Shown: positions 27,662 through 32,000 of the stretch, piece after piece | Position numbering within the stretch: the first letter of the stretch is position 1 | Layout: each line of letters begins with the position of its first letter | Origin: an uncultured archaeon | Lineage (GTDB): Archaea > Asgardarchaeota > Thorarchaeia > Thorarchaeales > Thorarchaeaceae | DNA: 32,000 nucleotides | Direction: 5' to 3' | NCBI GenBank assembly: GCA_964354495.1 | Contig: CAYHAA010000002.1 | Coordinates: 180,001 to 212,000, forward strand | The notes under the pieces: generated by a model | What the model saw: only the letters and a program-made list of their open reading frames with translations | Told to the model about the DNA's origin: nothing | The model's database searches: none | Made by a program: the position numbers and the translations under genes

Positions 27662-28891
27662 CTAGAAGATGTCAGACATCTGCCATAGAGGTGGAATGCA
27701 GAGTACAAGGACGACCATGGCGAATACGAACAGCGCGATGCGACCTCTTGAGACCTTGACAGTATCATTCAAGGGGCCGGGATGCCCGCCACCCCCCGAT
27801 ATCATAAAGATGAGGATTGCCATCATGATGAATCCTGTCAGAAGGAGGAGGATGATGCCGGCCCATCCGATTCTCTTGTGCCAGGTCGAGTCCACGATTG
27901 CTCGGAGGGCATGACCTCCATCTAGCTGTGCAATTGGAAAGAGGTTCAGTGCAGTCACGAGCATTCCGACCCAAGATGCAAAAGCGACTGGATGCAGATA
28001 GATTGTGCCACCTGCGGGGATGAAGTCGACAAAGAGGTATTCCATCAGTACGAATAGATAGGGGACTGCAAGTGAGTCAGATTGGTCAGGAAAGGTATGA
28101 TCGATGGCTATGAGTTGTTCAGCTGTAACTGGTACGGACATGAAGAATCCGACTACCAAGACAACCAGAGTCACAACGAATCCAGCAAGTGGCCCAGCAA
28201 GGCCAAGGTCAAGTAGGTCGGACCGTTTTTCCGTTGGGCTCTTCTGTGAGATGAAGGCGCCAAAAGTTCCGCCAATCTGCGGTAGACCCGGAATGAAATA
28301 GGGGAGAGATGACTCGATCCCCAGTCTCTGTGCCGTCTTGTAGTGTCCCATCTCATGCGTGAATATGATTCCCATGAGAGCAGCCATGAAGAGAATCGTC
28401 GTGAATGCGATGTCCCAGACGGTGTAGCCAGAAGGATAGAAGAGAGACAAGAATACAGGGCTCGTTGCTTGAAGGAATCCTCCAATCGCGATGGTTGAGA
28501 GCGTGACGACAAACAGGGCATAGTTGATCTTATTGTTTCCTTTCGGAGCTCTCTGCTGGGGGACAAATCGAATGATGTATTCGCCCTCCTTCTCATTACG
28601 CCAACGAATGACTGGCCAGACCTTGAGTGGCTGAGTCAATCTCGAGATTTCTTTGAATGTGGCATCTTGCTCATTATTGCTAGGAATCTGACCACCGGCC
28701 CATTGAACAACAAAAGTTGGCATGCCGTGTTCCAGCACACTCATCTTGATCACGAATTTTCGTGACAAGATTTCATTTAGGTCAGAGAACATTGGATAGG
28801 TAATGACGCTGTCAAGAGGTTCTTCGTCGAAGGACAATCGAATCGGGTCTCCAGGGTTTTCAGGACGCTTGGAAGCCTTCACTCCTAGCAT
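27662..28891 (-). CDS. Site-2 protease, peptidase M50 family
   Basis: HEMGH zinc motif in a TM, AGPLAG, and NLFPIAQLDGGH (NxxPxxxLDG); soluble N-terminal domain. Confidence 0.9.
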   Translation of the reverse strand: MLGVKASKRPENPGDPIRLSFDEEPLDSVITYPMFSDLNEILSRKFVIKMSVLEHGMPTFVVQWAGGQIPSNNEQDATFKEISRLTQPLKVWPVIRWRNEKEGEYIIRFVPQQRAPKGNNKINYALFVVTLSTIAIGGFLQATSPVFLSLFYPSGYTVWDIAFTTILFMAALMGIIFTHEMGHYKTAQRLGIESSLPYFIPGLPQIGGTFGAFISQKSPTEKRSDLLDLGLAGPLAGFVVTLVVLVVGFFMSVPVTAEQLIAIDHTFPDQSDSLAVPYLFVLMEYLFVDFIPAGGTIYLHPVAFASWVGMLVTALNLFPIAQLDGGHALRAIVDSTWHKRIGWAGIILLLLTGFIMMAILIFMISGGGGHPGPLNDTVKVSRGRIALFVFAMVVLVLCIPPLWQMSDIF

Positions 28892-28935
28892 TATAAGAAT
28901 ATCCGCTCAGGCAGTTCCGGTCGAGGCGTCCAGGC

Positions 28936-30852
28936 TCATAGCTCAAACTTGCTCGTGAAATCGAAGGTGTTATGAATGACTTCGAGCAGCTTCATAGATT
29001 TAATCATGGAACCAACGGTTTCAACTCGAATGCCTTTCTTCCTGAGCTGCACGGAGAGACGGTCCTTAGGTTGTGGTCTTGTTGCTACGACCACGGTTTT
29101 TGCCTTGACATGGCTGTATTTGCCATCTTGAAGCACTGTAATATATTTGGACTCAATCTCAACGACATGTGCATTGACATTCAGTTCGACGCCTCTCTCT
29201 TTGAGCTGCTGAAGGATAACCCATCTTGAGGTTCTCCCGAGATCGACTCCAATCTTCTCATCAGCATCAAACACCTTGACACTTTCCGCCTTCGATGCAA
29301 GTGCCAAGGCAGTGTAACACCCGAGAGCTTGTCCCCCAATCACGACGACAACTCCAAGGTCGTTTGGTTCAAATGACAGTACATCATATGCAGTTGTCAC
29401 ATGCGAACTTTCAACACCGTCAATGGCAGGGGCACCTGCCACCGTCCCTGTCGCACATATCACGCAATCAAAATTGCCTTCGAATAGGAGCTTTGAATTT
29501 GCGAGTGTGTTGAGCTTAATCTCAACGCCCAGAGTTCTAAGCTCTCGTGCCATATAACTGACATACGCTGCAAACTCGCCACGACCAGGAATCTTGGAGG
29601 CAAGATTCAGAAGACCACCGAGCTTGTTGTGTTCCTCAAACAGGTCAACTCTGAATCCACGAAGTGCCAAAACTCGGGAAGCCTCCATGCCTGCAGGGCC
29701 GCCACCTACTACTGCTATACGACCTGACCCCTTGGGACCTAAGCACTTCTCATTCTCAAAACCAGCAAGAGGATTGATTGCACACGTGACAGGCTCGATC
29801 ATGAAGACTCGGTCTAGGCATCCCTGATTACATCCAATGCAGGGTCGTATGAATTTCTGCTGTCCTGTGCGGGCCTTAGTCGGAAGCTCTGGATCAGCAA
29901 TGAATCCTCGTGACATTCCTATAAGCTGAACCTTTCCTCTAGACAGGATATGCTCAGCAATGGTAACGCTGTTAATCCGATTGCATGCAACGACCGGTGC
30001 CGGAACCACATCAGCTATGCCTTCAGCGAGGTAGACAAAGTGACCCCGGGGTACATTCATGGTGATTTGAGGAACCCTTGTTTCATGCCATCCACCTGTC
30101 ACATTCATGCAGTCAACTCCAGCCTTACAGAGTAAGGGTGCGACTATCTTGTTATCCTCGAGAGTGAGGCCATCCGGTACGAAATCTTGTCCACTCATCC
30201 TGTAGAGAATCGGGAAATCACGGCCAACCGACTTGCGGATACACTTGACAATCTCAAGTGCAAACTTTGCGCGAGCCTTCAAGTCCCCGCCATATTCATC
30301 CTCACGTAGGTTCGTTGCCTTGGCCAGAAACTGATTGATAATGTAACCAGCTGAGCCTATAACCTCAACAGCATCGAACCCGGCCTGCTTAGCACGATAG
30401 GCGGCTTTCCCGAAGTTTGCCACGGTCTCGTGAATCTCATCACTTGACAGTGGCCGAGCAGTCTCGCGGGTCAGTCTGCATTTGGTCGCTGACGATGAAA
30501 CAGCCTGTTCACCTATAATGAATGAGTGGACATAGCGACCTGCATGGTACAGCTGAGCAGCCACAGGAACGTCGTATGAATGGATAGCCTTCGAGAGCTT
30601 CTGTAGACCCTCAATGTGGTCATCTCGCGAGATTCCTATCATTGTTGGACTGCTCATCCCTAGATGCTCCGTGTAGCAGCCTCCAACAATGATCAATCCA
30701 GGTCCATGCTTTGCACGAGCGCTGTAGAAGTCGACGAGCCTGTCTGTCACGACTCCATCCTCATCGCAATAGCCAAGATGTGTGGCGAGCAGAATTAGTC
30801 TGTTCTTGAGTTCCATACCCCGAATGGAAATGGGCTCCCACAACTTCATCAT
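28936..30852 (-). CDS. NADH:flavin oxidoreductase / 2,4-dienoyl-CoA reductase (FadH-like: OYE barrel, 4Fe-4S and FAD domains)
   Basis: LKNRLILLA, QLYHAGRY, REDEYGG, GGWHE, CIGCNQGC...CAINP Fe-S motif, and VVGGGPAGMEA. Confidence 0.87.
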   Translation of the reverse strand: MMKLWEPISIRGMELKNRLILLATHLGYCDEDGVVTDRLVDFYSARAKHGPGLIIVGGCYTEHLGMSSPTMIGISRDDHIEGLQKLSKAIHSYDVPVAAQLYHAGRYVHSFIIGEQAVSSSATKCRLTRETARPLSSDEIHETVANFGKAAYRAKQAGFDAVEVIGSAGYIINQFLAKATNLREDEYGGDLKARAKFALEIVKCIRKSVGRDFPILYRMSGQDFVPDGLTLEDNKIVAPLLCKAGVDCMNVTGGWHETRVPQITMNVPRGHFVYLAEGIADVVPAPVVACNRINSVTIAEHILSRGKVQLIGMSRGFIADPELPTKARTGQQKFIRPCIGCNQGCLDRVFMIEPVTCAINPLAGFENEKCLGPKGSGRIAVVGGGPAGMEASRVLALRGFRVDLFEEHNKLGGLLNLASKIPGRGEFAAYVSYMARELRTLGVEIKLNTLANSKLLFEGNFDCVICATGTVAGAPAIDGVESSHVTTAYDVLSFEPNDLGVVVVIGGQALGCYTALALASKAESVKVFDADEKIGVDLGRTSRWVILQQLKERGVELNVNAHVVEIESKYITVLQDGKYSHVKAKTVVVATRPQPKDRLSVQLRKKGIRVETVGSMIKSMKLLEVIHNTFDFTSKFEL

Positions 30853-31027
30853 GCGTTCACCTCATCCGTGGAACGAAAACCTGCACCCAGGAAACTCTCT
30901 CTATGCAACTCCTGAATCTTCCTTCTTTGATTTCGAATCAATTCCATTTGAAGGCTCGTTGAAAGTCACAGCGAAAGCCAATAGTATCATTCAGATATAC
31001 TTGTCCACTACTTAGCCATAGAGAAGA

Positions 31028-31675
31028 CTACGCTGTCAGCGTTCGTAAGATTCCCTCTAGTGCTCCCTCTGGACCTTTGAAGACTCGTACACGAAATTCG
31101 ACACCCTTTCTCCTGGCGATGCCTCGGCAGGCATCGATGTTCACGCCAGGGACGTCAACGACAGAGAATTCAACTCTCATCAGAGGTTTGCACCTTTCAG
31201 CGAACTCCAGAATAGAATCATAAGCAGCTCGGCCAAACTTTGGCTGACACAATCTCAGATAGGTGTCAGAATCAGGCGCGTTGAGAGAGATCTGTATCCT
31301 ATCCAGACCTGCATCTGCCAATTCATGAGGAACGTCACGAGAGGGATAGAGAAGAAGCGCCTGTCCGTTTGTGTTCATCCTGATGGGTCTGCGACTCAAC
31401 TCTCTCATCTTCCGGATTGCAGCAATAGTCCCATCCAGATTGAGCAGTGGCTCTCCAAAACCCACTATGGCAATGTCAGTGAATTTTGACTTCCAGGTCT
31501 CCTCAATTTCCTTCACAATTTCTTCAATGGTTGGATCTTCGTCAAGGACCAGATCAAAACCAAAGACGCCCTCACCAAAATGACGAACACAGAACAGGCA
31601 ATCATTGATGCACCGAGAGGTGGGATTTATGTAGAAGCTGTTGCCGCGCCAATATGTCAAGTTGCCTCTAGCCAT
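31028..31675 (-). CDS. Radical SAM protein, resembling the TatD-associated family
   Basis: YINPTSRCINDCLFCVR (CxxxCxxC), VGFGEPL, RMNTNGQ, ISLNAPD..TY.RLCQP. The likely start is ATG 31675. Confidence 0.82.
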   Translation of the reverse strand: MARGNLTYWRGNSFYINPTSRCINDCLFCVRHFGEGVFGFDLVLDEDPTIEEIVKEIEETWKSKFTDIAIVGFGEPLLNLDGTIAAIRKMRELSRRPIRMNTNGQALLLYPSRDVPHELADAGLDRIQISLNAPDSDTYLRLCQPKFGRAAYDSILEFAERCKPLMRVEFSVVDVPGVNIDACRGIARRKGVEFRVRVFKGPEGALEGILRTLTA

Positions 31676-31768
31676 TGAGATAACACGTCTCTCTATGAAT
31701 GAATACTCGCGCTTCACTCATCACTACATTGTCAATTAGCCATTTAATGCTCTCGAAATCATCGAGGT

Positions 31769-32000
31769 TCATTTCTTCTCTGAATCGCGCCCCCTCAAGA
31801 ACAACACCAGTCCAATCAGAAGTGGTACGAGGGCCATAATCACAGCAATCGCAATGACTGTGATAGTGAATGCGAAAGCCTGTATCATGGTAAGAATGGC
31901 TGTCGCCCACGTCATTAGAAGTGCAACCACCAGACCATAACGTATCACCTCGCCCTCGATGCCAATCTTATCAATGACTGCTGCAGCATTCTGTATCTTT
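31769..32000 (-). CDS. C-terminal fragment of a membrane protein (starts beyond the window)
   Basis: Open minus frame from 31999: KIQNAAAVIDKIGIEGEVIRYGLVVALLMTWATAILTMIQAFAFTITVIAIAVIMALVPLLIGLVLFLRGRDSEKK, with TGA at 31769-31771. Not in the ORF track. Confidence 0.7.
   Translation of the reverse strand, partial: KIQNAAAVIDKIGIEGEVIRYGLVVALLMTWATAILTMIQAFAFTITVIAIAVIMALVPLLIGLVLFLRGRDSEKK

Noticed and set aside
31668-31910. 80-aa His/Cys/Asp-rich ORF (HSHCDCCD)
   Set aside because: Alternative frame of the truncated membrane-protein gene, whose own frame has clear TM composition.
1-32000. tRNA, rRNA, RNase P/SRP RNA, CRISPR arrays, transposases, integrases
   Set aside because: By eye I found no T-loop/cloverleaf, regularly spaced repeats, terminal inverted repeats or recombinase motifs. 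A covariance-model scan would be needed to exclude ncRNAs fully.

Overview
Gene-dense archaeal chromosome segment, most likely an Asgard archaeon and probably Thorarchaeia. This is inferred from TBP, an archaeal-type AsnRS, a geranylgeranyl-reductase-family gene, a Rab-like small GTPase, GGTGA-type SD sites and TATA boxes; it is not a database result. Order: GGR-family reductase (5'-truncated), long-chain acyl-CoA ligase, APRT, degenerate Rab-like GTPase with a long N-terminal extension, zinc-finger protein, membrane protein, a ~13 kb MacB/LolCDE-like (type VII) ABC locus (two different ATPases, four ~920-950 aa double-FtsX permeases in two paralogous pairs, one small membrane protein), an unannotated 35-aa Lys/Ala/Thr histone-H1-tail-like ORF, asnS, a sequon-rich surface protein, a putative arsM-retropepsin-lipase operon divergent from a Cys-rich PadR regulator with palindromic operator candidates, tbp, site-2 protease, FadH-like flavoenzyme, radical SAM protein and a truncated membrane protein. 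Three genes (zinc finger, retropepsin, tbp) need a single-base indel to read correctly, so assembly errors are likely and frameshift claims need read-level checks. I saw no tRNA, rRNA, CRISPR array or mobile element. The most promising leads are the H1-like micro-protein, the four-permease type VII ABC system with an AbrB-fused ATPase, the possible PadR-type arsenic sensor module and the pseudo-GTPase.
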